From: a virus
Taxonomy: Duplodnaviria; Caudoviricetes
DNA length: 64,000 nucleotides
Direction: 5' to 3' (one strand)
IMG/VR virus record: IMGVR_UViG_3300036766_002286
Below the pieces are notes generated by a model that did no database searches, was not told the DNA's origin, and worked only from the letters and a program-made list of their open reading frames with translations. Both the position numbers and the translations under genes were made by a program. Of the stretch, positions 1 through 12,607 are shown one piece after another (position 1 is the stretch's first letter; every line of letters begins with the position of its first letter).

Positions 1-9
1 TACTGCAGA

Positions 10-333
10 CTAAGGGTCTGCATCAAAGAAAATTTTACGTTTTCGAATAATTTTATTACGAGCATCAGAAATCATAGAATTAGTGACCTTCTGCCACTTA
101 CCCTCAGTCTCCAATTTAGTCCTTAGCTTTAATGCACATGATTCAATAGACTCATTAGCGTTGAACATATCTTCAAGAAAGGACGATAAAAGATCCGGGT
201 GTCCTGCTGTATTGTCATGAATACTAAGCATATTAAGCTCTTCTTCAGTCAGACCTGTAACCATACGGCACACATCATCACACCAAGCAAAAAAAGTCAA
301 CATCTGCCCTAAAACGGTCTCTGCTTCCGACAT
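10..333 (-). CDS. hypothetical protein, paralog of 1534..1899
   Basis: Shares the FxWCDD...TGLTxEELxM and C-terminal KIF motifs with 1534..1899; AGGAG RBS upstream. Confidence 0.6.
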   Translation of the reverse strand: MSEAETVLGQMLTFFAWCDDVCRMVTGLTEEELNMLSIHDNTAGHPDLLSSFLEDMFNANESIESCALKLRTKLETEGKWQKVTNSMISDARNKIIRKRKIFFDADP

Positions 334-384
334 ATCTTATCTCCTAGCAGTTATCTCTGTTAAGGTTATTTATAAGATCAACAC

Positions 385-684
385 TCATCGCTTTACCTTG
401 TACATATTCGCCCCATAAAAACTAGCGCCCTCACACCGAGCATTCGTAAAGTTAGCATTGAGGCAGTTAGCACTAATGAAATTAGCGTCTTTTAAATTAG
501 CACCTTGAAAATTAGCGTCTTCTAAATCAGCACCTTGAAAATTAGCGTGGTATAGATTAGCGCCCTCAAAATCAGCTCCCCGCAAGTCGGCACCACATAA
601 AAGAATTTTTGGTAAATTGGCTCCACGTAAACTCTCTTTGGCCGCCACCTTTCTCACTATTTCTCTCTTTTTAGATCCAAACAT
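385..684 (-). CDS. pentapeptide repeat protein
   Basis: Tandem A(D/N)(L/F)xx repeats. Confidence 0.9.
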   Translation of the reverse strand: MFGSKKREIVRKVAAKESLRGANLPKILLCGADLRGADFEGANLYHANFQGADLEDANFQGANLKDANFISANCLNANFTNARCEGASFYGANMYKVKR

Positions 685-1533
685 TTGGTTCTCCCTTGTC
701 CATTTTCTTTGACTTGTTTGTATCTTATCTTCCAGTAATTATCTAAGTTAATGCCATTGCGTCCAAATTTATCTGTAAAATATTTCTTTAATTTAATATC
801 GTTCCCACGGCCACAGGCCTATGGATTTTCCTTTGTCTGTTATGGTATTAACTGCTTCCTGTACAGAGAGTTTTGATTCCCACATTTTCACAAAAAGTTC
901 ATTCGCATCATTCGTATTTACATCAAAAATCTACTCGAATTGTTCCTGTGTGCAACCCATAGCCACAAGTGCCTCACCTATCTTATCATACCAGCTCCAA
1001 TACGCCGCGTCCGCCGGGTCTCGCATTGCTTTTGTAATATCTTCGAGCATATCTGTACCAAACTCTGATTTAAACATATCTTGAAACTCTTTATATTCCT
1101 GCTCTATTTCAGCAGCTAACGCGTAGTAATTTTCCTCTATAATATCCCAGTTAATTCCAGCTGCGCTCGATGCTGGTTTCTTTGTGGGTTTCTTTGTGGG
1201 TTTCTTTGCTTTTGTCATATCCTTTCTCCTTTAATTTAATTGTTAGCGTTTTTCTGGTTTTCATTTCTGGCGTTTCCCAGGTCCACAACAACCGCTCCCG
1301 CAGTAAACGGCCGAACCCCCGCACCAAACATTGTTCTCAAAAGTTCAACATTATCGGCCACAACAGTAATATCATGGTCAAGCTGTTTTGCCGCAGCATA
1401 TACCTCATTACACCACTCAAAAAAGCCAGATTCTACCAATTGTAGCACCGTATTAGCAGCAGCTTCAAATCTTTTAGCCACCGTGTCTGATACTGTTGGT
1501 TCTACTTTTTCTGGCTCAATCATAATTCATCTC

Positions 1534-1899
1534 CTAGTAGTTGGGCATCGCTGGGGGTATTTTTAAATTCTGTTTTAATTTATCAGGATCAAAAATCTTA
1601 TAGGGCCCTAGCTTTTGAGCTTTCCAGCGATCTGTGAGCATTTTTGCACCTTCTTGTGTTGTCCGGCCAGCATTGTACATTTTCTCCAATTCCTCATTCG
1701 CATCCCATTCCATGTCTTCTTCAAAGGTAATCATATCCAATTCCTCTTGAGTGAGCCCAGTTGCGTCAAATGCATCGTCACACCACTTAAATTGCAAGAT
1801 GAAAGCAGCATCTATAGCTGCTATATCTGCTGGAGTTTTTGCATCTGCGTAAAACTCGGAATCATATAGAAACTCTGTTGGTTTAGTGTCATCATTCAT
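1534..1899 (-). CDS. hypothetical protein, paralog of 10..333
   Basis: QFKWCDDAFDATGLTQEELDM motif; GAGGAG RBS. Confidence 0.6.
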   Translation of the reverse strand: MNDDTKPTEFLYDSEFYADAKTPADIAAIDAAFILQFKWCDDAFDATGLTQEELDMITFEEDMEWDANEELEKMYNAGRTTQEGAKMLTDRWKAQKLGPYKIFDPDKLKQNLKIPPAMPNY

Positions 1900-3086
1900 A
1901 TTTTTCTCCTCAGTATTTGTTTATGTTACTATTGGCGCTAAATTTTAACTAAAGTTAAGCTAGACGGATCTCGACTTTTTTGGCTTCCCGCTACCACCTA
2001 TTTTACCTTGAATATAAGATCTTCTATTAGAACTTACTTTCTTTTTCCGGCGGCCTACCTCATTTCCAATAAAATCAATTCTTACCTCTTCTAAAAAAGT
2101 ATCTGGAGCCATTCGACGTTCGCTAGAATCTCTGGAAGCTTTAGCTCTTTTGTTTAGACGCTTTTGGCTTTTGGATATAGCCTTATTGCTCATTGGTTTC
2201 TCCTGCCATCTGTATGCTGCAACAGCTCATATTGCAAAGCAAATTATTCTTCCTCTTTGTTTACAGCGTCAGCTACAATTTTCTCTATTTTTTGACTTAG
2301 TTCTTTCATCACTTTATCTAAGGTGCATTGCAGTTCATTACGTTCTTCGCTTGGAGGAATGCGAAACAATTGTTGTGTCAAATCCTGGGCGCAGTCACCA
2401 ACCACCTCTGCAAAGTCTCTATAAAGAGTTTTTTTGTCGAATTTTGATTTTGTCATATTTGCTCCTTTTAGGTATTAACATTAATATACTGTCAGCGCCT
2501 ACAGCATAAAAACAAGTAGTTACTCAGACATATTGTTTTATATGCGCTTGAATTCTCTATCTAATTCCCACTCGCTTATAGCTACTGTAGGCAAGTCGCG
2601 GTCTGAGTCCATTACAATATACTGTCCTTCTCTAGCAGACATGCTGTCATTAGCCTCATCATAGTATAGACGTATATTAATAGCACCATAAGGGTCTATA
2701 CTAGTATCTGTTAAATTATATCTGTTGCGAAATTCATTTTGTCCACCGCACCACATAGCTATAAAATCACATTGTTCCAAGAATTCTTTTACAGCTTGTT
2801 CACTTTTATTTTTCGGGATCATAGGTACTTGCATAACACTAAACACCGCCGATGACATGTAGTTTCCGGGTTCTCGTGTTAAATCTTTGTTCATATAATT
2901 ACCTCGCGGTCGTACATGTCCTCCAGATCCTCATTTTTCTGCAATCTTTTTGCAATAGACGCTCTGCGTGCATTTATGATAGCTATTTCACTAGCATCTA
3001 GCTCGTCGGTATCCCAAGGTTGTAACAAAGTCAAGCTCTCTATAAGTTTTTGTTTGGCTTCATCTGGTGTTTGTTCTGTGGTCATT

Positions 3087-3378
3087 TTATTTCTCCTTTG
3101 TTTCTAGTGCGTGGATTATTTCGCGCAGATATTCGTCTTGCTCACGGATTTCTTTGAGGAAAAAATCTTTGAGCCACTGTTCACGCGGTGCTGAGTGGAA
3201 TGCAACCTCATTGCGTAGCCATGCGGCATCTCCTCGTTCCATGACACTTTCTTCACTCCAATAGTCGTCGGGTCGGGTGAAATAAGTTGCTCGCCATTCC
3301 TCGCGACTTCTCCCGTCTTCTTGACCAAAGTGCTTAAATCTTGGCTCGCTCATATTATTTCTCCTTTGTTTCTAGTGC
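3087..3378. repeat. 24-bp direct repeat (3087-3110, 3355-3378) forming identical gene ends (ALETKEK*) plus the RBS of the next gene
   Basis: ttatttctcctttgtttctagtgc occurs twice. Confidence 0.9.
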
Positions 3379-3996
3379 ATTAAAATTGATAAGCAAGTTA
3401 TGCAGGTCTGACTCCACTTCTGCTAAATCTGCTGTCATCGTCGCCAGGGCATTTGCGGCAATATCTACTCTTTGCTGTGCTATACGCTTCGCTTGGCGCG
3501 CGTCGCTTATTTCCTGCAACAGTTCTAAACGATTTTCGTCAGATGGCACATTCATTTTATTTTCCCTTTTTTAGTTCACTTTTAAGTCTTTTAATTTCGC
3601 GTTTCGCTTCCTCTAGTTGTTCTGGCATTTTCTCTTTTTTCTTTCGTTCTCTTTTTTTAGCTCTATCTTCTTTAATTTTTTCAAGCCGCACTCTTTCTAG
3701 ATTCTCATCATATTCTCGCAACAATCTGGCGCTAGTTGTACCAATAGGCAACTGTAGTACACAGTCCTGGACCTCAGGTGCGTACAGACTACTATCTTCT
3801 GAGTAAGCCTCTTCAGCATATTCTTCTAGTTCGCGTGCAATTTTTTCTCTGATATCTTTTTCTGTTTGTGACATATATCCCTCTTGCAGCTCATCCTTGG
3901 TTTATACTGTAATGGCTAGCTCCACTCCCCCAAATCTCTATTATATACTACCAGTCTTTAGCAGCACACTAAGTATCGCCAAGGCTCTGATGCTAC

Positions 3997-4024
3997 TTGC
4001 GCTGGTACCGTAAGCCGGTATAGT
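3997..4024 (+). promoter_or_regulatory. element-type promoter TTGCGC-N16-TATAGT
   Basis: Matches the recurring consensus; lies at a strand switch upstream of 4050. Confidence 0.65.
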
Positions 4025-4279
4025 AATACATAAACCCTGGAGGTTACAGATGAGCAGAGCAGACTACAAGAATCAGAAAGTTCCAAATGATCTAACAACA
4101 CCATTAGCTAATGTTCCTTTTAACGAAGTTCAAAAAAAGTCAGAAGAAGAATTCATGGCACTTTGTACAGAGGCAGAAAGACGTCTGACGACACCAGCAG
4201 CATTAGAGCAAGATCGCCGGTGCAAGGCAATCTTCCACGCAGCAGCTAAAGGTACTGCAGAACAAAAGGAGATATCAAA

Positions 4280-4612
4280 ATGAGTAACAGCAATCTCTCA
4301 AACCATAAACCATCCTTCAATGCTTCTCAACCAACCGGTTGCATTCCAGAGCAACTTATAGCAGCATATATCGAACGTGTACTCAAACACATTACACTTG
4401 AACTTCTAGATGACGGCACTTGGTTTGCTATGACTCCATTAATTACAGATGTTTGGGGCGCTGGGACAAATTCAGCCGCAGCCGAAGCTGACCTTCGTGA
4501 AGTCTTAGAAGAGTGGATTTTTATGACCCTAAGTGACTATAATAGTGAGGTACCAGTAATAGATGGCATGGACCTAAATGTAATCAGGCTAGCAAGCTCA
4601 CCTGGCCAGTAA
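4280..4612 (+). CDS. HicB-family antitoxin, no adjacent HicA
   Basis: YI...ELLDDGTWFAMTP...VWGAGTN...EADLREVLEEWI...VPVIDG matches the HicB partial RNase H fold. Confidence 0.75.
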   Translation: MSNSNLSNHKPSFNASQPTGCIPEQLIAAYIERVLKHITLELLDDGTWFAMTPLITDVWGAGTNSAAAEADLREVLEEWIFMTLSDYNSEVPVIDGMDLNVIRLASSPGQ

Positions 4613-4708
4613 ATATTTAATTTCAATGCCATGCAACAAAGCCTGTAGTACTTGCAGTTGTAGAATTTGCCATTACAGTAATAATATAGTTATTGAAGGA
4701 GAAGTGCA

Positions 4709-5359
4709 ATGAAACCCAATGTAAAATATACTGACCGCTATGGTAATTCCCAAGAATTACAATGGAACAAGTCATGGGAAGGTATAGATTTGGCCGGAGC
4801 TGACTTAAGAAACGTTAATTTGCGTGGTGCCGACCTGTCTGGCGCAAATTTACGTGAGGCCAATTTGCAGCATGCGAACCTATACAGTGCTCGTTTACAA
4901 AAGACTGATCTGCAGCATGCTAATCTATCTGATACCGACCTGCGGAGTGTTTATATGCACAGTGCTGATCTAAAAGGCGCTAATTTAAGCGGAGCAAACA
5001 CCGCCGGTGCTAATTTGGCTTTTGCTAACTTGCAAGGTGTTACTTTACATCCCAACAGTTTAAATGGCGTTACCCTAGGTGGAGCTAATTTGACTAATAT
5101 TAATCTATCTGGTATTGATTTGCGTTACACTAATTTTTTTGGTGCTTGTCTGGCTGGCGCTGATTTATCTAACACCGAGTTGCTCGCCACTGACCTGACT
5201 AACGCTGATTTGACTGACGCTAATCTTTACGGTGCTAATTTAGAAGGCGCTAATCTGGGCAATGCCATACTATCTATCAAACAACAAACCGAGTGCATCG
5301 GGTATAATCTAGCTTTACGGATAGACAAGTCACAGGTAAATTGCGGTTGTGATGAATAG
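4709..5359 (+). CDS. pentapeptide repeat protein (type I N-terminus)
   Basis: KPNVKYTDRYGNSQELQW head plus pentapeptide repeats; promoter TTGCAG-N16-TACAGT at 4652-4679. Confidence 0.92.
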   Translation: MKPNVKYTDRYGNSQELQWNKSWEGIDLAGADLRNVNLRGADLSGANLREANLQHANLYSARLQKTDLQHANLSDTDLRSVYMHSADLKGANLSGANTAGANLAFANLQGVTLHPNSLNGVTLGGANLTNINLSGIDLRYTNFFGACLAGADLSNTELLATDLTNADLTDANLYGANLEGANLGNAILSIKQQTECIGYNLALRIDKSQVNCGCDE

Positions 5360-5598
5360 TTTAACAAAAGTTACAGACGGGAGGCATCAATGTAATCTTC
5401 CTTATAAAAGTTCCGAGTATCCCAAGGGCGAGTATGGATACGCAGGTGATATTTACCAGTGCGAGTGTGGTATCTACTATCAAGTTAAAAGAGAAAGCGA
5501 ATATGGTAGGTTAATAGAATGGAAAAAACTTTCGAAAAGCATGGTCGCCTCTATGGTAAAAGGCAAGCAAATCACAAAGAAACTAAAAGGGCGGTCCA

Positions 5599-6015
5599 AT
5601 GGGTAAGAAAAATATAAACTATATTGATAGCCAAGGTACCAGACAAGAACTTATTTGGGGCGAATCTTGGGTAGGTAAAAACCTATCCAGTGTCGATCTA
5701 TATGGCGCTGATTTACGTGAAGCTGACCTATCCAGAGCAAACCTAGCGCATGCTAATTTGTCTTGTGCCGATCTGCAGGGTGCTGACCTGCATGTAGCTT
5801 ATTTGTATGGTATTAAGCTAAAAGGAGCAAACCTACGAGACGTTAATTTGAGTGGCGCTAATTTATCACATGCTAATCTTGTCAACGCTGACTTAACCAA
5901 CGCAGAGTTGCATGGTACCAATTTATTGGGCGCTGATTTAACAAATGTCGTATTGTCTGAGCATCAAAAAGAAGTAAGCATAAATTACAGCGAAACTATA
6001 GGACAAGCTCTATGA
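5599..6015 (+). CDS. pentapeptide repeat protein (type I N-terminus)
   Basis: NINYIDSQGTRQELIWGESW head plus repeats. Confidence 0.92.
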   Translation: MGKKNINYIDSQGTRQELIWGESWVGKNLSSVDLYGADLREADLSRANLAHANLSCADLQGADLHVAYLYGIKLKGANLRDVNLSGANLSHANLVNADLTNAELHGTNLLGADLTNVVLSEHQKEVSINYSETIGQAL

Positions 6016-6414
6016 AAATTGCAAAATTCAGTTTAACAGTACAGGCACCAAAATGACCGTTCTATCAACTGGTGCAGAAAAAAGAATTACTGATGCCCTC
6101 ATTAAAACGAATTTGGCGTTGGATGCAGTAATAAAAGCAAACAAGCAGCAGCTTGCAGCCAAGTCCGCGCTCCGCCTCGCAATCAAAGGTCCAACATCAC
6201 TAGGCAACACGAGTATTACAGGCAAAGTCACATTAGCCAGAACAGACGGGCGTCAAGTCATAACCCCATATAGAAGTTATTTAGCAGTTGATATTTCGTG
6301 GTTGGATTTTCTTGCCACCCAACCAGCCGCCGACTATATCCAAAAAGAGTGGGATGAAACAAAGCAAGGCGTTCTCCTTCGTTCCCCTGTTATTCGCCGC
6401 GGCAAGGAAGCATA

Positions 6415-6618
6415 ATGACCACACCACTAATAGACCTATCGCCTCTAGTCCTTCGAGACATTTTGTCTACTTATTTGACTGAACACCCCAGGCAATCCAT
6501 GTATGTGCTGCACGCAACATATATGCTGCAGCACCTCGTAGATGACAGGCAACAGTTGTAGGCCCGTGTTACAGAATTAGAAACCGAAAACAAACAACTC
6601 AAAGGAGAAATGAAATGA
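6415..6618 (+). pseudogene. first member of the PPTxAI/RIxELE cassette array, interrupted by TAG at 6559-6561
   Basis: Reads MTTPLID...DDRQQL*ARVTELETENKQLKGEMK; the C-terminus matches the neighbouring paralogs. Confidence 0.7.
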
Positions 6619-8450
6619 ATGAAACACAACAAGTGACTGCTCCACCAACCGACGCAATCTTGTGTTGCCTAGAACAAGTAAGATATCCATATTCTCGTGT
6701 CAAAGAGGCAAGAACAGAGCTGCAGGCATTACAGAATGCACTCGCAGTAAAAGACGGCATGTTGCAGGTAGCGAATGCAACAGTGAAAGCGCAAAGGGCG
6801 ACGATAGCGGAACAAGATGTGCGTATCGCAGAACTAGAAACCAAATGTTCGGAAGCTGCAACTATTCTTGCGAAATTTTCTTATATTCTAACAACAAAAA
6901 CTAGTGTCGAAAAAACGGTCGCATTGGCTCAACTAATAAAGGAATATCATCTATGATCACCAAAAACCAACAACTCAAAGGAGAAATGAAATGAGCAATA
7001 CGACCGCACCACCAACCACCGCAATTTATAAAGCTATCAAAGAGATGTGGGATCCTCGGGACAGAGAGGATGCCGCCAACGAGATGCGGGCGTGGATAGA
7101 TGACCGACATCGACTTCAAATCAGGGTTCTCGAACTAGAAAGCGCAAGAATGCTGTCTATCAGGGGGATAGGCATTCTCATTGATAAGTCAGACAACATG
7201 ACTGAAGCCGAAAAAGCTGAAGCTCGCAAATTGCTTTTGGGGACGCTATGATAACGCCACTAACTGACCCAATTCGAAGGGTGATTAACTGGGACGACGT
7301 TCAAGCCGAAGACGGACTTAGTGAACTCAAACTCGCAGTCGCCCATGCATGGAATGTTCCCGGATGTCAAAAGAGAGCTAAAGCTGAAGTGCAGGCATTG
7401 TTAGATGATAACCTGCAGTTACGAGCCGAAAACAAGCTACTCAAAGGAGAAAGTTAATGAGCAATGAAATCACACAAGCAATCGCCGCAAGCAACCACGA
7501 AGCGCTACGCCACCCGACCATTTCAGACAGCCTTATATACGGCGCAATCAGCGACTGTATTTATTGGGTTGATAATTCACAACTCGCGGACGAAACATCT
7601 CCCAAAGCGTGGGAGCAGTTGTGGAACTTGTTGAATTCCCGTGCAACCAAAGACGCACGAATAGCAAAACTAGAAAGGCAACTCAGACGTCCAACCGAGG
7701 CAACCAATCACGTTGCACTACTCAACGAGAGCCTTCTTATATATGACGCAAGCATCGAATGCATCAAGTTCGCTGATGGTTCAAAAGTCTGGTTCGAAAC
7801 AGTCCCCAAAGCGCGTAAACAGTTGCGAGACTTGTTGGTGGTGCTAACAACGAAAGACACACGAATAGTAGAACTAGAAAAGCAGCTCAAAGGAAAAAGC
7901 TAATGAGCAATGAAACCACACCACCAACCAACGCAATCCGCCGGGCAATTGAGCAAGCATGTGAAACCGGTTATGGTCCCAGACACAACGCGGACCACCA
8001 GTTGGATGCCTTGTTGGCTGCACTCAAAGAAACACAAACACTGGCTGGCAAGTTGTTGGATATGGCCACCGAAGCAGAAACGAAACTCACCATGAGGGAT
8101 GCACGAATAGTAGAACTAGAAAACACCATTAAAAGGACTGAAATGGAAACAGAAAGAGAAATGGAACTTGACGCAGAAATTGAGGCAGGGAAAGATTGGT
8201 GATGACTACGGAACTCCCACCAACCAACGCAATCCGCGAGGCTATCGAATTGGTTCAACTCGAAGATATAGAAAGTTGGCAAAAACTCGCAAACCAAGCC
8301 CCAGAGCAGTTGCAATTTTTGATAGATGACCACGCACGCGTGCAAAATCTAGTGACAGTGAACGGGGCATATAGTGATAACCCAGAAGCGGACGCTTACT
8401 GGGACTCGTGGAGGGAATGCCATGACAACATTCAAAGAACAACTGGATAA
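6615..8450 (+). other. tandem array of small genes with conserved termini and variable middles (6615, 6991, 7248, 7457, 7903, 8196)
   Basis: N-terminal PPTxAI and C-terminal DARIxELE(K)QLKG motifs; repeated DNA gcacgaatagtagaactagaaa and ctcaaaggagaaa. Confidence 0.75.
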
Positions 8451-9249
8451 AGATGTTAATGATGCGGTGAACGCCTGCATCGCTGCAAATGAAACATTTG
8501 GTGCTCTTAAGTATGCAGTACGACTTAACCCGGAAACAGCCAATGGTGCTCAAGAAGATCTTGAAACTGCTCAGGCAGCAGCGTGGCACTCACAATCAGT
8601 ACTCAGCAATGCAGTCTCGGCAAGGAACGAAGAAACCACCCGACTTGCACAAGGAGGTGCACCGCGATGAAATATATCTGGAGCCCAGGCAAACGCACGA
8701 ATAACAGAACTAGAAAACCAACCAAAGGAGAATCAACATGAGTAAACATACCAGTAAACAAGTCTTATCTAAAATAAGAAACAATAAGTTCGCTAGGAAC
8801 TACCTGGCAGGAGGCATCTAATGACTGATCAAATTTGGGCCGGCATTTATAGTGATAAGCTGGCAGCTCAAAGTAAATATGACACTGCTGTTTTTGCTAA
8901 ACAAGCAGCACTAGACACCGCCAACCAAGCAGATCAAGCTTGGGTTTCTGCCAAAAAAGTTCTAATTAATAATGAGAACGGTTGTTTAGATTCATATCAA
9001 GCAACTATTGAAGCCAAGAAAGTCTGCAATAAAGCATTTCATATTAAAATTGCGGCCCAATCTGTCTTAGATACAGCAGTTGCTTTTCTAATGGAAGCCA
9101 CAACCACACTCGAGACCGCAAATGCCAAATGGCACGCGGCTACGTCAACTTCAACACCAAGACACTTTCTAGCAGAGAGATCTGATAATGAGCACCAACC
9201 TCCAAATTGGTCTTGGCAAAATACCTAGTATCTAGCAAACGTCTGAATT

Positions 9250-9828
9250 ATGTCTAGAAAACCTAAACTTACTAGGGCCGATGTTATTGCATATTGTGCA
9301 GAGGGCATTGATTTATATAAAGCTGATTTACGTCATTTAGACTTTACAAATGCCGATCTAACCCATGCAAAATTTAACGAAGCTAACCTGTCTGGCTGCA
9401 ATTTAACTGGAGCAACGATGGCCGGCGCTGATTTATGCAATGCTAATCTTTCATCTGCTATTTTAGTAGATGTTAATCTCACTAGAGTAGCAGCTGTAGG
9501 TGCTAATTTTATTAATGCAGACATGTCCCGTATTAACATGTGCGGATATGGCGACTATTCAACTAATTTAGCCGTCTCAAAACTTGCGGGATGTAATTTG
9601 CACAACTCCGATTTGCGTGGAGTTATTTTACTACAAGCAGATTTACGTAAAGCTAATTTTAGTTATGCTAATTTACAAGGTGCGTATTTACGACAGGCGT
9701 ATTTGTCTGGTGCTAATTTTTCATATGCTGAGCTGCATGGGACCAATTTATGGGAGGCTGACCTGACTGATGTTATACTATCTGAGCACCAGAAAGCAGT
9801 AAGCAAACACTATGGAACAAAACCTTGA
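9250..9828 (+). CDS. pentapeptide repeat protein (type II KLTR N-terminus)
   Basis: KLTRADVI head, repeats, internal loop GYGDYS. Confidence 0.92.
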   Translation: MSRKPKLTRADVIAYCAEGIDLYKADLRHLDFTNADLTHAKFNEANLSGCNLTGATMAGADLCNANLSSAILVDVNLTRVAAVGANFINADMSRINMCGYGDYSTNLAVSKLAGCNLHNSDLRGVILLQADLRKANFSYANLQGAYLRQAYLSGANFSYAELHGTNLWEADLTDVILSEHQKAVSKHYGTKP

Positions 9829-9936
9829 AAAACTTGGTTGTATTGGCTATAATGAGACCAAAAACATCTAGAGAAGTCCAAAACTACGCACACTAGAAAT
9901 AACATCCAAAGATTTTAATACACCTATCTAATCAAA

Positions 9937-12607
9937 TTAATTATTCTTACGAGTTTTCTTTAAATTCAAAGCTAACCTAAGCCACTCCTGTAGTTTTTCG
10001 CCAAATTCTTTATTTAAGCCTGCTAAAACTTCCATATCATCAGCATCTAAAGCAGCAGACATTTTATTCAAATGTACACTTAAATCCATAGCCGCTATGT
10101 CAATAGCCTCTTTTAGCCCGACATCCGACCCCTCAGGCACTTCTAGTACTTCATCAATCTTGAAATGCATTACTTCTATGAGATCTCGTATTGCTATTTT
10201 TTCTTTATCGGTCATGTCATATTCATTGGTCATAATAAAATTTCTCCAATATATTTTATAGTTATATTTACTATACTATTTTTTCATATCCTCTGTGAGT
10301 CCTATCAGTATTTTATGTGCTAATATTGACCTGTCACAGGCTGCATTTATTATCTCATCATTGTCAGCACCAACCGCTAGTCGATAATTTTCCAAACACA
10401 CGCTCAACGTCATCGCTGCCACATCGATTGCTTCTTTAAGTTTTTTATCTTCACTACTCGCGGTCTCATCTATAGGCATACTTAAAGTCATGTTTATCCA
10501 ATTTTGATTAGTAGCTATTTCTGTCAAGATCCGTTCCTTATGTTCAAAATTCATATTAGTTCTCCACTTCTTCATTAAGCATAGCATTAGTCATAGCAGT
10601 TGTGCAGTCTCGTGATATTTTTAGTGCTAGTTCTACTTTTTCAAAAGCTGCACATATTTTATCATCGTCTCCATCAACTACAGCCAAGCGGTAATCTTCT
10701 AAACACACACTTACAGCCATAATCGCTACATTAAGTGCCTCTCTAAGCCATTTGCGCTCGGCGCTTATATATTCGTCTACAGGTACACTTAAAGCCATGT
10801 TCAGCCATCCCTGGCTAGCCTCTATAGATGCTATAACTTTTAGCGCATGTTCACTGTCCATAGCAACTCCCTAATAAATGTCTTAAGTAAACTAATAGTA
10901 TACACTATACTATAGCGGCAACTTTTTAGTATCAAAATATCAGAAGCCAACGGCCGGACGTCGCTACGTCACGTCAAATAGATGCTTTGTCTCTAGTATA
11001 ATACGATCTAAATCATCCATCGCACAACGAAATGCTTCACTGTTTCTCATTAGATGCGCAAACTCAGGGCTTTCATAATAAGTGTGAATGTCAGGTCTTC
11101 CAAACTTTATTAGACGTTCTTTTTCTTTAGCTTGATCCGCCAAAGATACATCATGCAGCCTCTCAGCTTTCTGAGTATATGTTTTTATAACTAACAGCGC
11201 TTCATCTACGGTTTTTATTTTTTTCGCAAGGATCACTACAGCAGGATTTTTTGGTGGAAATAAATGTTTTGTGGCAGTCTCATGCTCATCTAATTCATTT
11301 TTTATCATATCCCAGTTATCTCCATCCCCCTCAAGATAACGAGCCATTATCGCCTTTTGTGTATCAACGGCCTGTTGCATAGCTGCACGTTGTTCTCTCA
11401 ATTTGGCTATACGCTCTTCTCGTTTTTTCTCAAACATTTTAAGCCTCCCAATTATTGTTTAAAATTATTAAAAATATCTCGTACTATGCTTTTGAATGTA
11501 GTTTGGTTACCACTAGTTCTCTTCAGCCTGTTATACTCAGCCTTATATGGATAACTTGTTGTTCTTGACTCCGTTGTTGCTATTATGCATTTATTATTTG
11601 CCGCCTCAATTAGTTCAGGGTCACCAGTATCCATAGCGACAGCCAAATCGCTAAATCGTACGCTCATAATCATAAGACCGGTATCTGCGGCATCTTTAAG
11701 TTCGCGCAATGCTTCAAGCTCTAACTTGCCAAGGTTTGGCAGCGCGCTCAACGGCAATGCTTCTCCTGTCAGGAACATTTCTATATTTTTTTGCACATTT
11801 TTTATAGACGCTTTGGTTTGTTCCATATTGTTACTATCCATAATAATTCTCCAGATTAATGTTACTTACTAAGGACGATATATAGCTACCATCATATCGT
11901 GTTTAAAAATAGCACTATAGTCGCATAAAATGTCTAAAATAAGATCAAAAGCTTCTAAGTCACATCTAGCAATGTCAGCTTTTTCGAGCTCATTTTGCTG
12001 TCCTTGTGCTTTTGTTGCAGCTAGTTCACTGAGCATAGCAATTCCACCAGCACGCACTGCTTGCTTAAAAATTTCTACTCTCTTTTTCGCGGCAGTTTTG
12101 CGACTCTCTTCACTACCGCGTGTAAGTGCATTAAATTCGACAGCTGTTAGATCTGTATTATCATCAAACCGGAATCCTTCAAGTAACGCAATTTTCTCAA
12201 GCGTTGTATTTAGCATTTTTCTCTCCTTTATTTAGTTACGTCTAATACTATTAGCGCTTTTTCAGCATTTAGTTTTGTGCTACCACGTCCTGTATAATAG
12301 CTAACAAAGTTTCTTGTTGCTGGCCAGCCTTGGCGAGCGTTGTTATTAACAGCCAATTATCATCGCCAGTAGCAGCTTGCCTGGCGTCCTCTAAGCAAGC
12401 ACTAAGAGTTACTGCAGCTAAATCTACAGCATCTTTAAGTTCCGCGAAAGAGGAGCTTACCTTGCCTTTAAGCGGGATACTTAAAATTGTATTTAACCAG
12501 TCCTGCATTTCCTCTAGAAATATCAGCAATTGTTCCTTATCTAGAAATATCAGCAATTGTTCCTTATCTTCAAATGGCTTCATGCTTTCGTTTTGTATAT
12601 CACTCAT
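9937..12607 (-). other. paralog family of small helical proteins (9937, 10276, 10556, 11452, 12269)
   Basis: Shared L(K/R)(E/D)AxDxAxMxLSVxL...AxxxDD motif. Confidence 0.7.
12513..12569. repeat. 27-bp in-frame tandem duplication (DKEQLLIFL x2)
   Basis: tctagaaatatcagcaattgttcctta occurs twice in tandem. Confidence 0.95.

Noticed and set aside
6590-8740. CRISPR array or integron attC array
   Set aside because: The repeats are degenerate, coding, non-palindromic and irregularly spaced; no cas or integrase gene is present.
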